Origin: Gammaproteobacteria bacterium
Lineage (GTDB): Bacteria > Pseudomonadota > Gammaproteobacteria > Steroidobacterales > Foliamicaceae
Direction: 5' to 3'
NCBI GenBank assembly: GCA_026707445.1
Contig: JAPOWV010000021.1
Location: 22,039-86,038, forward strand
DNA length: 64,000 nt
Shown: piece after piece, positions 29,043 to 38,593 of the stretch
Position numbering within the stretch: position 1 is the stretch's first letter
Layout of the letters: each line of letters begins with the position of its first letter
Position numbers and translations under genes: made by a program
Notes under the pieces: generated by a model
Databases searched by the model: none
Told to the model about the DNA's origin: nothing
What the model saw: only the letters and a program-made list of their open reading frames with translations

Positions 29043-30305
29043 TCAGCGATTGGCCAGCGTCCATGCGGCCGCTGCCAGCACGCGGGTACCCAGGGCAAGG
29101 TCGAACGGCTTTGCGTTTTCGGCCTCGTGATGGCTTATTCCGCCCTCGCAGGCGACGAATACCATTCCGGTGGGGCAGATCCTGCCGAGGTGCAGCGAGT
29201 CGTGGCCGGCGCCGGACAGCATCAGCGGGCCGGAAGCGTTCATCATGTTTGCGCAGTTTTCCAGCAGGCCGATGATTGAAGGATCGAAGGCTATCGGATC
29301 CACTGTCGAGAGCACCCTTACCTCGGTACGGCAAGGGTGCGCCTGAGCCGGGGCCACTTCCCGGATCAGTCCCTCCACCTTGTCCATTACCGCCTTGTCG
29401 GGGTGCCGCAGGTCGATGGTCAGGCGCACCTTGTCGGTTACGGTGCCCGGCGAGTTCGGAAAGCTGTCGATCCTGCCGAAGGTCAGTCGCAGGATGTCAT
29501 CGTCGTCTTTCGTCAAAGACCGCAAGCTCACCATGATCCGGGCGGCGCCATCCAGGGCGTCCTTGCGCAGCGCCTGCGGAGTCGTGCCGGCATGCGCCGT
29601 TTCCCCAATGATCTCGACCTGGATCCTCCTTACGCCCTGGATGCCTTTCACGATGCCGACGGGCAGGCCCGCCTGCTCGAGGATGGGGCCCTGCTCGATA
29701 TGGATCTCAAGCGACGCGCACGGGCGCACCGAGTGAATCGGACGCAGCTCCGCGCGGGTCGCAGCGATGGAAGCGGCCAGCTCATCGCCCACCCGGGCGC
29801 CGTCGACAGTCCGGTTGTCAAGCACCGCGCTCAGTTCGCGGGTGCCGGCAAAGGCGCTGGAGCCGGTGGCTCCGGGCAGGAAGCGGCTGGCCTCTTCGTT
29901 GGTCCAGGCGGCGACCTCGATCGGTCTTTCCGGCGTCAGACCCTGTTGACGGATCGATTCCAGCACCTCGAGGCCCGCCAGCACTCCGAACGCCCCGTCG
30001 AACTTGCCGCCGGTGGGCTGGCTGTCCAGGTGAGAGCCGACGATAAGGGGGTCCTGCGACGCGGCGGCGCCCGGCATGCGAACGAACAGGTTGGCTGCAT
30101 CGTCCTGAAAGGCGGAAAAGCCGCGAGCCCGGGCCCATTCAATGACGAAATTCTTCGCTTCGGTATCGAGTTCCGTCAGGGCCTGCCGATTGACGCCGCC
30201 GTTCTCGAGCGCCCCGATCTCGGCCAGGCGCATCAGCAGGTCCCAGAGGCGGTCCTGGTCCACGGCGTTGCCTACGGCGGCGGCTTTAGCGTCGGGCCGC
30301 AACAT
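29043..30305 (-). CDS. M20 Zn-dependent amidohydrolase (N-carbamoyl-L-amino-acid/allantoate amidohydrolase type)
   Basis: GGVNRQAL, GSHLDSQPTGGKFDGAFGVLAGLE, NEEASRF, EIHIEQGP, AHAGTTP, SGAGHD, GGISHHEAE. Confidence 0.93.
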   Translation of the reverse strand: MLRPDAKAAAVGNAVDQDRLWDLLMRLAEIGALENGGVNRQALTELDTEAKNFVIEWARARGFSAFQDDAANLFVRMPGAAASQDPLIVGSHLDSQPTGGKFDGAFGVLAGLEVLESIRQQGLTPERPIEVAAWTNEEASRFLPGATGSSAFAGTRELSAVLDNRTVDGARVGDELAASIAATRAELRPIHSVRPCASLEIHIEQGPILEQAGLPVGIVKGIQGVRRIQVEIIGETAHAGTTPQALRKDALDGAARIMVSLRSLTKDDDDILRLTFGRIDSFPNSPGTVTDKVRLTIDLRHPDKAVMDKVEGLIREVAPAQAHPCRTEVRVLSTVDPIAFDPSIIGLLENCANMMNASGPLMLSGAGHDSLHLGRICPTGMVFVACEGGISHHEAENAKPFDLALGTRVLAAAAWTLANR

Positions 30306-30307
30306 CG

Positions 30308-31507
30308 TCAGACTTCGATCAGGCCGCGCGCGAATTGAGTCAACTGCCCGCACCCCGACTCCGTTACGACAACCGTTTCGCTGCTCGCCACCAGCGGTTC
30401 GCCGGCACGGCGCACGGCCTGCGGCAAGTGAAACACCATTCCCGGCTCCACGACGGTCTGATCGCCGTCCTGAAGCGTGAGGAAACTGCCCTCGCCCCAG
30501 TCCGGCGCAAAATTGATGCCCATCGAATACCCGGCGCGTTTGCGCAGCACGATCCCGTTCCTGTCGGCAATGCGCTTTACCGCCTGGTTGACGCAGTTGG
30601 ACGTGGTTCCGGGGCGGATCGCCGCCATCGCCGCGTCGAGCATCGCTTCGGCAATCGCCATGTTCTCGATATTACGCTGCGTTGGAGGGCCTACCACCAG
30701 GGTCCGGAACAACGCGCCCGCGTACCGGTTCACCGAGCCGGCCACCTCCAGAAAGATATTTTCGCCCGGCACGATCCTCTTCTCGCTGGACCAGACCGAA
30801 TGCGGCGCGAGCTGCCGGTGTCCGGACATGACGAATATCGGCAATCCCACGTATTCGCATCCGGACGACACCATCGCGTGGTGAATGTGGCCGGCCAACT
30901 CGGCTTCGGTCATGCCGGCCCGGAAATTGTCGATTCCCGCCCGGATACCGATCTCCGCAATTCGGCAGGCCCTGCGTATCTGCTCGATCTCGGCGGGGGA
31001 CTTCTTCCGCCTCAGCGACTCCACAAGCCAGCCGCTGGGCTCCAACTTCATGTCCGGCAGCCTGTCCGCAAGCTCCCGATTCATGTCGACGGTGAAGAAC
31101 CAGCCGTGTGTTTCCAGCCCGACCCTGGAACGGGTGAGCTCAAGCTGCTTCAGCGCTTCGACGAGTTCGCCGACAGGCGACTCGTTGTCCTGATAGGCCA
31201 TCAACTGGTCTTGCCGGAACCAGGATCGTACCGGCAATCCCAGGGCCTCGAGCGCGCGCAGGATGATGATGGGCCTGGATCCCGGCTTTACGATCAGCAT
31301 TTGCGGGTAGTAATAGCCTGGAGTGTGCCATCCGGAAATGTAGTTGATGTTTTCCGGAATATGGATCACCATCGCGTCCAGGCCGCCGGAGAGGATCTTT
31401 TCGTGTAGAGCGTCCAGCCTGCCTTCGAATTCCGCCACCGGAAACGCGGGTTCGGGCAGAAATTCCATTGTCGGCACGTGGTTCATGTTGACGGCCCCGG
31501 CGGGCAT
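30308..31507 (-). CDS. M24 family hydrolase, ectoine hydrolase (DoeA/EutD)/creatinase-like
   Basis: ENINYISG, LRRKKSPAEI, PHSVW, FLEVAG, RAGYSMGINFAPDWGE, PGMVFH, SETVVVTE; prolidase metal-ligand set missing. Start 31507 or 31486. Confidence 0.85.
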   Translation of the reverse strand: MPAGAVNMNHVPTMEFLPEPAFPVAEFEGRLDALHEKILSGGLDAMVIHIPENINYISGWHTPGYYYPQMLIVKPGSRPIIILRALEALGLPVRSWFRQDQLMAYQDNESPVGELVEALKQLELTRSRVGLETHGWFFTVDMNRELADRLPDMKLEPSGWLVESLRRKKSPAEIEQIRRACRIAEIGIRAGIDNFRAGMTEAELAGHIHHAMVSSGCEYVGLPIFVMSGHRQLAPHSVWSSEKRIVPGENIFLEVAGSVNRYAGALFRTLVVGPPTQRNIENMAIAEAMLDAAMAAIRPGTTSNCVNQAVKRIADRNGIVLRKRAGYSMGINFAPDWGEGSFLTLQDGDQTVVEPGMVFHLPQAVRRAGEPLVASSETVVVTESGCGQLTQFARGLIEV

Positions 31508-31518
31508 CGCAGGATATC

Positions 31519-31533
31519 TACTATCGTACAGTA
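31519..31533. promoter_or_regulatory. Operator candidate TACTAnnnTACAGTA, copy 1
   Basis: TACTATCGTACAGTA, 12/15 identical to 34460-34474; overlaps palindrome CAGTAGATTTACTG (31529-31542). Confidence 0.5.
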
Positions 31534-31590
31534 GATTTACTGGAAATCAAAAATGCCGTTCCGAGCAGTCCGGCGCTCGGCGGACAGGGT

Positions 31591-32466
31591 TTAGTCCTCG
31601 TCTTGGGGCGCGGAAATCCGCCCGGTTTCCTCCGATTCCGAGCGCACCTGCGCATACTCGGGAAGGAAGGCGTTGACCCAAAGGACAACCGTCGTTGCGT
31701 CGGAGTTGTTCTTCCACCGATGCATGAGGTGGCTGTGGAAATAGAGCGTGTCCCCGGTCTTCAGCTCGTATTCCTCGTCCGGTTCCAGCCATAGCGAAAG
31801 GTGGCCGGACAGCACATAGACGAATTCCTGGCCCTTGTGCGACCAGATGCCGTTGCTGTGCCCGCCGGGGGCTATGTGCGAAATCTCCGCCTCCATGCCG
31901 GCCGGCTTCGAGATGATGTCTTCGATGATGATGGACTTGTCCTGGGTGACGAACCTCGGACGTTGGTCCGCAGGTACAAAGCGGCGCTTGGCGGGTGGGA
32001 GTTCCTCTCCCTTGAGCGTCGGCAGCGTGGTCCGAAGCGCTTCGCCCAGGCGGAACAGGGCCTCCATGGACACCCCGGTATTGCCGCGCTCCAGGGCGCT
32101 GATGAACGAGGGCGACAGGCCGGAGGATTCGGCAGTCTGGACCAGCGTCATCTTGCGCTGCTTGCGCAGCATCCTGAGCTTTTCTCCCAGCTTTTCGTCC
32201 ACGTAGCTGTCTTCGGCCGAGGGCTCGGGAGATCTGCCGAGCTCGCGGCGGATCGCGGCGGGATTGAGGCGCTCGTTGTAATAGAGCCGGATGACCTTGC
32301 GGAGGCGTCGAACGTGCTGTTGGCGGTATACGCGGTGCCGGCCCTTCGTTCTCTCGGGTGTGATCAGGCCTTCCCGTTCCCAGATTCTCAGTATGCCCGG
32401 CGAGACGTGGAGCAGTCTTGAAACTTCGCCGATCGAAAGCGCGTATTCCGATTTTGCTACCTTCAT
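31591..32466 (-). CDS. Transcriptional regulator with MerR-HTH + XRE-HTH + cupin domains
   Basis: SIGEVSRLLHVSPGILRIWEREGLITPERT.GRHRVY; LGEKLRMLRKQRKMTL..TAESSGLSPSFISALERG; SHKGQEFVYVLSG...GDTLYF.S...HRW.N. Confidence 0.9.
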   Translation of the reverse strand: MKVAKSEYALSIGEVSRLLHVSPGILRIWEREGLITPERTKGRHRVYRQQHVRRLRKVIRLYYNERLNPAAIRRELGRSPEPSAEDSYVDEKLGEKLRMLRKQRKMTLVQTAESSGLSPSFISALERGNTGVSMEALFRLGEALRTTLPTLKGEELPPAKRRFVPADQRPRFVTQDKSIIIEDIISKPAGMEAEISHIAPGGHSNGIWSHKGQEFVYVLSGHLSLWLEPDEEYELKTGDTLYFHSHLMHRWKNNSDATTVVLWVNAFLPEYAQVRSESEETGRISAPQDED

Positions 32467-32531
32467 GCAGACAGTTCTCGTCTTTGGCGAATGTACCTAC
32501 CCGAATGCATGACGCGTGCCGGAGCCTTCCC

Positions 32532-33284
32532 CTAAGCGGCGTGTTCTTCCCGCGCCAATTGTACCGCGAGGTCCATGGTTGCCGCGTTGGCGGCGATGAC
32601 CGGCAGCCGCAATTCCCGGGACAGCTCCGCCGACATCCGACGATCGCGAACCGCCGTGCAGGGAATGACGATCGCATCGCGGGGAGATGTTCCGGCCGAT
32701 TGCGCCAGGGCCAGAAAATCTCTCAGGCGCAAGGCCCCCACCTCACCGTCGCTGCCCTTGCCGGCATGAGCCTGGCCCACCGCGTCGAAACCGTTTTTCC
32801 CCAGGAAGTTGACGAATTCGATCCCGATTTCCGCGTGATACGGAGTCAGAACAAGTAACTTGCGGGCCCTGATCCGCCTCAATGCCGCCACCAGCGCAAG
32901 TGACGTAGTGGTTGCGGGAACGTTTCCGGCGGATTTGGAGAGTGCCCTGGCTTGCCGTTCCCCGTAGTCGCCGTCGCCCAGGAACGAGCCGGAGGTGCAT
33001 GCCCAGACGATGGCGTGCGGCGCTACATCGGCAGTCTGCGCCGCCGCCTTCGACAGCGATTCGACCGATCCCATGTCCTCGACCATCCGCGCCACCGCGT
33101 CCGAATCGCGCGGATCCGCGACGGACTCCGGGTGGACGCGGAACAAATGCGCCTCCGCGCCGCGCCGGGCAGCCATTTCGCATATTTCCCCATCCAGGAG
33201 AAAGGTCGAGGGCACCAGCACCGCAATCCGCGCGGTGCCTTCCGAATGGGCCATGGCTTCTTGTGCGGCGTTCACTATACTCAC
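32532..33284 (-). CDS. Asp/Glu racemase - maleate cis-trans isomerase family protein (two-Cys type, EutA-like)
   Basis: IAVLVPS, VWACTSGSF, VLTPY, VIPCTA, PVIAAN. Confidence 0.85.
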   Translation of the reverse strand: MSIVNAAQEAMAHSEGTARIAVLVPSTFLLDGEICEMAARRGAEAHLFRVHPESVADPRDSDAVARMVEDMGSVESLSKAAAQTADVAPHAIVWACTSGSFLGDGDYGERQARALSKSAGNVPATTTSLALVAALRRIRARKLLVLTPYHAEIGIEFVNFLGKNGFDAVGQAHAGKGSDGEVGALRLRDFLALAQSAGTSPRDAIVIPCTAVRDRRMSAELSRELRLPVIAANAATMDLAVQLAREEHAA

Positions 33285-34441
33285 GCGGCTTGCGAATCCG
33301 CCCGTATCGCTTCGATGAGCCGCTCAAGGCCGGTCACGAGCTTGTCGCGGGAGGTTGCGAGAGACAGGCGCACCAGTCCGCGCCCGCCTGGGCCGAAGGT
33401 TTCTCCGGGCGCCACCGAGACTTGCCGGGAGCGCACAAGGCGCTTGGCGAAATCGTAGGTATCCATGCTCGCGCTTGAAATATCCACCATCATGTAAAAA
33501 GCGCCGCCCGGCGACCAGGTCCTGATGCCGGTATTCGCGAACATGTCCACGGCGAGGTCCCGGTTGCCGCGGTAGTAGTCGCGCATTACCGCTATGCTGT
33601 CCTGGGGTCCCCGAAATGCGGCCTCGGCGGCCTTCTGGGCCACGGAGCAGATCGAGCCGATTACGGGCTGCTGGAGCTTCGCCATGACTTCGATCAGGGC
33701 CTCGGGACAGGCCACGTAGCCGACGCGCCAGCCGGTCATCGCGTAAGTCTTCGAGCAACTGAAAAGACTGATCACACGCCCATCGCCGTCGAACCGGGCC
33801 GCACACGCGTGTTCCTCATCGAAAACGAACTCGTCGTAGCACTCGTCGGCAATGACCCAGAGGTCATGGCGCCGGGCGAAATCCACCATTTCGCGAACCA
33901 GGCCGGGGCTCATGACCGCGCCCGTCGGGTTCGATGGAGAATTCAGGATGATGCCCCTGGTCCGGTCTCCCACGTACTCGTCGAGTTCGCCGGGGTCCGG
34001 CAGAAAGTTCCTCGATGAATCAGCGGGGTAATAACGGATCTTCCCGCCGGCCGACAGCACCATCATTTCCCAGTTGGGCCAGGCGGGATCCGGCAGAAGA
34101 ATCTCGTCGCCGTGCTCCAGAATCGACAGGCAGGCCGTAAAAAGCCCCGAGGTGGCGCCGCTCACGGCCACGATCCGGTCCGCAGGAACATCCAGGCCAT
34201 TGACCCGCTGGAGTTTTTCGGAGATTGCCTGGCGCAGGGAAAGCAGACCGACCGGCGGCGTGTACTTTGTAAATCCGTCCCGTGCCGCCTGGCAGGCCGC
34301 CTCGACAATATGCGGTGGCGTTGGGAAGTGCGGTTCGCCTAAATCGAGACGCACGCAGTCGGGCGTCCGGGCAGCGAGATTGGCAATTTCCCGAATGCCG
34401 CTTTGGGGCATTTCGGCGACGGTCCGGGCAAGCGGTTTCAT
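33281..34441 (-). CDS. Class I/II PLP aminotransferase
   Basis: SGIREI, GEPHF, NSPSNPTG, DECY, SCSKTYAMTGWRVG, RLSLA; start ATG 34441. Confidence 0.93.
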   Translation of the reverse strand: MKPLARTVAEMPQSGIREIANLAARTPDCVRLDLGEPHFPTPPHIVEAACQAARDGFTKYTPPVGLLSLRQAISEKLQRVNGLDVPADRIVAVSGATSGLFTACLSILEHGDEILLPDPAWPNWEMMVLSAGGKIRYYPADSSRNFLPDPGELDEYVGDRTRGIILNSPSNPTGAVMSPGLVREMVDFARRHDLWVIADECYDEFVFDEEHACAARFDGDGRVISLFSCSKTYAMTGWRVGYVACPEALIEVMAKLQQPVIGSICSVAQKAAEAAFRGPQDSIAVMRDYYRGNRDLAVDMFANTGIRTWSPGGAFYMMVDISSASMDTYDFAKRLVRSRQVSVAPGETFGPGGRGLVRLSLATSRDKLVTGLERLIEAIRADSQAA

Positions 34442-34459
34442 CGGGGCTTCTTGCAAAAT

Positions 34460-34474
34460 TACTAGTTTACAGTA
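34460..34474. promoter_or_regulatory. Operator candidate TACTAnnnTACAGTA, copy 2, in divergent promoter
   Basis: TACTAGTTTACAGTA within palindrome TTACT-N7-AGTAA. Confidence 0.5.
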
Positions 34475-34511
34475 AGAATCCGAGCCAGAGCGAAGCTTGG
34501 GAGCAGGAATT

Positions 34512-35312
34512 ATGGATCTCGGAATTGCAGCCAAGGTTGCCGTTGTCACGGGTGGCAGCCAGGGGATAGGACGGGCCATTGCCGAGTCGCTGGCCCGCGA
34601 AGGCGCACGGGTGGCGGTAGTGGCGCGCACCCGGAGCACACTGGAAAAGGCGGCTGAGGAGATAAGGGCAGCGACCGGGTCGGAGGTGATCGCCTCGCCG
34701 GCGGATACCGGGGACGAAGGTTCGGTGCTTGCAATGGCCGAAGACGTCAATGACAGGCTAGGGCCCGCCGAAATACTCGTCAATTGCGCGGCCGCGCCGG
34801 CCGGCCAGGGCCGCACTCCGCTGGCCTGGGAAGTCACCAGGGATCAGCTGATGGAGCAAATGAACGTCAAGGTCATGGGATACCTGCGATGCGCGCAGGC
34901 CCTGCTGCCCCAGATGCGCAGCAAGGGTTGGGGACGGATCATATCGATCAGCGGAATGGGGGCCAGAAAGTCGGGCGACACGGTGGGCAGCATCCGCAAC
35001 GTGGCCGTCGTTGCAATGACCAAGAACCTGGCCGAGGAGCTTGGTGGCAGCGGAATCACCGCAACGGTGGTGCATCCCGGTTACACCAAAACCGACAAGG
35101 TGGCGGCAATGATTGCGCGGCGCGCCGCGGAAGAGGGTAGTTCCGAACAGGAAATCGAGGCAGGACTCGCCTCGGGCAATCTCAACGGCTATCTTCCCAC
35201 GCCCGAGGATATCGGCGGCGTGGTCGCCTTTCTCGCGTCGCCGCTGTCGCGATGCATCAACGGCGACGTCATCGCCGCGGCGGGCGGCGCCAAGACCGCG
35301 ATCCATTACTGA
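34512..35312 (+). CDS. Atypical SDR family oxidoreductase
   Basis: TGGSQGIG, NCAA, GRIISISG; YxxxK replaced by GSIRN; VHPG. Confidence 0.88.
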   Translation: MDLGIAAKVAVVTGGSQGIGRAIAESLAREGARVAVVARTRSTLEKAAEEIRAATGSEVIASPADTGDEGSVLAMAEDVNDRLGPAEILVNCAAAPAGQGRTPLAWEVTRDQLMEQMNVKVMGYLRCAQALLPQMRSKGWGRIISISGMGARKSGDTVGSIRNVAVVAMTKNLAEELGGSGITATVVHPGYTKTDKVAAMIARRAAEEGSSEQEIEAGLASGNLNGYLPTPEDIGGVVAFLASPLSRCINGDVIAAAGGAKTAIHY

Positions 35313-35322
35313 CTGCGCCGTC

Positions 35323-36390
35323 ATGGGCGCAAGCGGGAGCGCGGTCCGGGTGGGCGCCGACAGTCTGCGCCAATTCGTCTCCGACCTGTTCGTGCACATG
35401 GGCTGGAAGCGCAGCGAGGGCGATATCGTCGCCGACCACCTGGTTGTGGCGGATCAGTCCGGGCACCCTTCGCACGGGACCGGCATGCTGGGCGCCTACG
35501 TGGATTCGTTCCGGGCGGGAGCGATCCGGCCCGGCGCCGAACCGGCCGACAGTCCCGCCAATCCCCCGTTTGCCGTGATCGACGCCAACTTCGCGCTTGG
35601 ACACATTGTTGCGCTGGAGGCCGTCGATCGCGCTGTGGGCATGGTCGCGCAATACGGGGTGGGCATCGTCAACGTCATCCGCGCCCACCACATGGGCCGT
35701 ATCGGATACTATGCGGAGCGCGCCGCGGACGCCGGAATGATCAGCATGTTCTGGGCCAATGTTTACGGGCGCGCCCCGTTGGTCGCTCCCTTTGGCGGCA
35801 CGCAGGCGAGGATCGGCACCAATCCCCATTGCATCGGCATTCCGCGTGTCGGCCAACCGCCGATACTGCTCGATTTCGCGACCAGCCGCATTCCCCTGGG
35901 CAAGGCGCGCGTGGCCCATACCCGCGGCGTCCCGGCGCCCGAAGGATCCCTTCTCGACCACCGCGGCAATGAAACCCGGAACCCTGCGGTGATGTTCGAA
36001 GAGCCCACCGGGGCGCTGCTGCCCTTTGGCGATCACAAGGGTTACGGGCTGGCCCTGGTGGCTGAATTGCTGTCTTCCGCGCTGGCCGGTGGAGAGACGA
36101 TCGCGGAACTCGACGACGCGGGCCTGATCGCGAACAATCTCCTGGTGATCGTTCTCGACCCCACGCGCCTGGGACAGGATCTGGAATCGGTCTCGGAGCG
36201 TATCGAACGTTATCTTCGCTGGGTCACCGATGTTCCGCTTGCCGAAGGCGTGGACGCAGTTCTTGCTCCCGGAGATCCCGAATTCGACAGCCGCCTGTCG
36301 CATGCCGGCAGCGTGGAACTGAGCGCCGGGGGCCTTGCCCGGCTCAACGCGGCCGCCGCGGCCGCGGGATTCAGGCCGTTTACTGCATAG
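35323..36390 (+). CDS. Ldh_2 family oxidoreductase (malate/L-lactate/ureidoglycolate dehydrogenase type)
   Basis: ADQSGHPSHG, HHMGRIGYYAE, VAPFGG..ARIGTNP, LDFATS, LLPFGDHKGYGL, APGDPE. Confidence 0.92.
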   Translation: MGASGSAVRVGADSLRQFVSDLFVHMGWKRSEGDIVADHLVVADQSGHPSHGTGMLGAYVDSFRAGAIRPGAEPADSPANPPFAVIDANFALGHIVALEAVDRAVGMVAQYGVGIVNVIRAHHMGRIGYYAERAADAGMISMFWANVYGRAPLVAPFGGTQARIGTNPHCIGIPRVGQPPILLDFATSRIPLGKARVAHTRGVPAPEGSLLDHRGNETRNPAVMFEEPTGALLPFGDHKGYGLALVAELLSSALAGGETIAELDDAGLIANNLLVIVLDPTRLGQDLESVSERIERYLRWVTDVPLAEGVDAVLAPGDPEFDSRLSHAGSVELSAGGLARLNAAAAAAGFRPFTA

Positions 36391-37510
36391 AGCCTGCAGC
36401 GCAGCCCTGATCGGGCATTGCGCGTTGCAGGCGCGGCATGACCTCATTGATCATGAGATCCAGATTGCGGATCCAGGCGTCGTACTGTTCGATGAAGTCG
36501 AAACACATGCCGATCAACGTTCCGAATCCGCCCGTCTCGCGAATCAGTTTCTCGGTCTTCGCAGCCACCGTTTGCGGCGATCCGACCAGCCAGATGTGCC
36601 GGGCGAGGTATTCCGGTGTGATCATGTCGTCCGTATGTCTGGGGTCCGCCTTCGAATACCTGGCCAGGCCGCGCCGAACAATGCCGGGGATCATGTACTC
36701 CTCCCAGAAACGAGCCACCTCTCCCGTGGAGGCCAGTTCCACCGCTTCCTCGTCAGTGTCCGCGACGAAAAAAGGAGGCGATACGGCCCAGTCGTCGCGC
36801 GAAACGCTGTGGCCGGCTTTCGTGGCCTCGGCTTCATAGGCGTTCCAGTGGCCCGCGAGATAGCCCGCGCCGATGTAGAAGCTCATCGGCCGGAAGCCCA
36901 GTCTGCCGGCCAGCGCCAGGGTTCGTGAACTGTCCGATATGCCCGCCATGCCCAGCGGGGGGTGGGGTTTCTGAAACGGCTTGAGGAACGGCCCTTTCTC
37001 GAAATCGTCGTAGTCGCGGCGCTTGAATTGCCAGAATTTGCCTTTGTAGTCGAAGGCCTTGTCCTCGGTCCACAGCCGGATCATGATGTCCAGCGCCTCC
37101 TGCGTCATTTGCGCATTCAGCATGGTGGGCGTGCCGTCTTTCTCGTAACGGATCGAGCCCAGCAGGTCCGCGTCCATTGGAACGGATCCGGCCCCGATGC
37201 CGACCATGTACCTTCCCTGCGCGAGGTGGTCCAGGTAGGCAATCCGGTGCGCGAGCTCGACCGGATGGTGGTAGGGCAGTACGTGTGCCCCGGGAGCCAG
37301 CTTGATCTGTTTCGTCTGCACCAGGGCCTGCGCGATCAGCAGATCCGGCGCGGGCACGGGCTCCCATCCGCAGGCAAAGTGCTCTCCGATCCAGGCTTCG
37401 GAATAGCCGAGCTCGTCGGCGCGGACGATGGTGCTGAGGATGAACTCCTGACCCTGCTTCGGGGTGCGTTCGGGCGCCAGGTGGGGCATGAAGAACAGCC
37501 CAAGATTCAT
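36380..37510 (-). CDS. Luciferase-like (LLM) flavin-dependent monooxygenase
   Basis: GLFFMP, ADELGYSEAWIGEH, LPYHHP..LAHRIAYLDHLAQGR, KPFQKPHPP, LVGSP, EVMPRL. Confidence 0.92.
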   Translation of the reverse strand: MNLGLFFMPHLAPERTPKQGQEFILSTIVRADELGYSEAWIGEHFACGWEPVPAPDLLIAQALVQTKQIKLAPGAHVLPYHHPVELAHRIAYLDHLAQGRYMVGIGAGSVPMDADLLGSIRYEKDGTPTMLNAQMTQEALDIMIRLWTEDKAFDYKGKFWQFKRRDYDDFEKGPFLKPFQKPHPPLGMAGISDSSRTLALAGRLGFRPMSFYIGAGYLAGHWNAYEAEATKAGHSVSRDDWAVSPPFFVADTDEEAVELASTGEVARFWEEYMIPGIVRRGLARYSKADPRHTDDMITPEYLARHIWLVGSPQTVAAKTEKLIRETGGFGTLIGMCFDFIEQYDAWIRNLDLMINEVMPRLQRAMPDQGCAAGSMQ

Positions 37511-37553
37511 GGGACCTTTACCGTGGAAGACAAAATGTCCGGGGGAGAGTATA

Positions 37554-37578
37554 AAACTTGCTGTATTCTGTCAAGTTT
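37554..37578. promoter_or_regulatory. Palindrome AAACTTG-N11-CAAGTTT overlapping a minus-strand TTGACA -35 box
   Basis: Perfect 7-bp arms; TGTCAA at 37569-37574; divergent LLM / FAH-xylBA promoter. Confidence 0.55.
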
Positions 37579-37679
37579 GTTGGAATTTACACGCGCGCCG
37601 GATGCGGTGCGCGTTGCCTGCCGGGGTAATATGGTTTTTCTTCGGGAAGGCGAACTATGAGGGGAACAACACAGCTGCG

Positions 37680-38540
37680 ATGAAGCTCTTGAGATTTGGA
37701 GAGTCCGGCGCGGAGCGGCCGGGCCTGTTGGATGAGAAAGGTCTAATTCGGGACCTGTCGGCCGTGATTGCCGACCTGGAGGGCCCTGACCTGAAACCCG
37801 AATCGTTGTCGAAGATCGCGGGCAGCGACGTGAGCGGGCTTCCCGCCGTATCCGGCGACGTGCGCATCGGGCCCTGTGTCGTCAACGTGGGAAAAATCGT
37901 CTGCGTCGGGCGGAATTACGTTGAGCACGCCGAGGAGAGCGGCAGTGCCGTGGCGGACGAGCCGGTGATTTTCTTCAAGTCCACCAGCGCGATCAGCGGG
38001 CCGTACGACCCGGTCGTCATTCCGCGCGATTCCAGGAAGACCGACTGGGAAGTGGAACTCGGCGTGGTGATCGGCACGAGGGCGTCGTATGTTGCCGAAG
38101 CCGAAGCCCTGGATCATGTTGCCGGCTACTGCGTCGTCAACGACGTTTCTGAGCGGGAATTCCAGCTGGAGCGGCACGGGCAATGGGTCAAGGGCAAGAG
38201 CTGCGACACCTTCGCGCCAATAGGACCGTGGCTGGTGACGGTGGACGAAGTGCCGGACCCGCAGCGCCTCGACTTGTGGCTGGACGTCAACGGCAGGCGC
38301 TGTCAGGACAGCAACACTTCGAAGATGGTGTTCGGGGTGCGCTACCTGGTCAGCTACATCAGCCGCTTCATGACGCTGAACCCGGGCGACGTCATTTCCA
38401 CGGGCACGCCCTCCGGCGTCGGGCTCGGCCACGATCCGCCCGTCTATCTCAAACCGGGCGACGTCATGGAGCTGGGCGTGGAAGGCCTGGGGCGGCAGCG
38501 CCAGGAGCTCGTGTCCCATGCTGGCGGAGTCGACGACTGA
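37680..38540 (+). CDS. Fumarylacetoacetate hydrolase family (likely 2,4-diketo-3-deoxy-L-fuconate hydrolase)
   Basis: MKLLRFGE.G.ERPG, KIVCVGRNY..H, DWEVELG, NDVSER, KGKSCDTF, GDVISTGTPSGVG; substrate inferred from context. Confidence 0.88.
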   Translation: MKLLRFGESGAERPGLLDEKGLIRDLSAVIADLEGPDLKPESLSKIAGSDVSGLPAVSGDVRIGPCVVNVGKIVCVGRNYVEHAEESGSAVADEPVIFFKSTSAISGPYDPVVIPRDSRKTDWEVELGVVIGTRASYVAEAEALDHVAGYCVVNDVSEREFQLERHGQWVKGKSCDTFAPIGPWLVTVDEVPDPQRLDLWLDVNGRRCQDSNTSKMVFGVRYLVSYISRFMTLNPGDVISTGTPSGVGLGHDPPVYLKPGDVMELGVEGLGRQRQELVSHAGGVDD

Positions 38541-38593
38541 TCGACTTCGGGAGCGGTGAAAACGCCAGGTTCGCGCACAGGCAGGTCTGACTG

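Noticed and set aside
28831-29130. 99-aa plus-strand ORF with an internal AAGGAG
   Set aside because: No suitable start codon after the RBS-like sequence; overlaps two minus-strand genes
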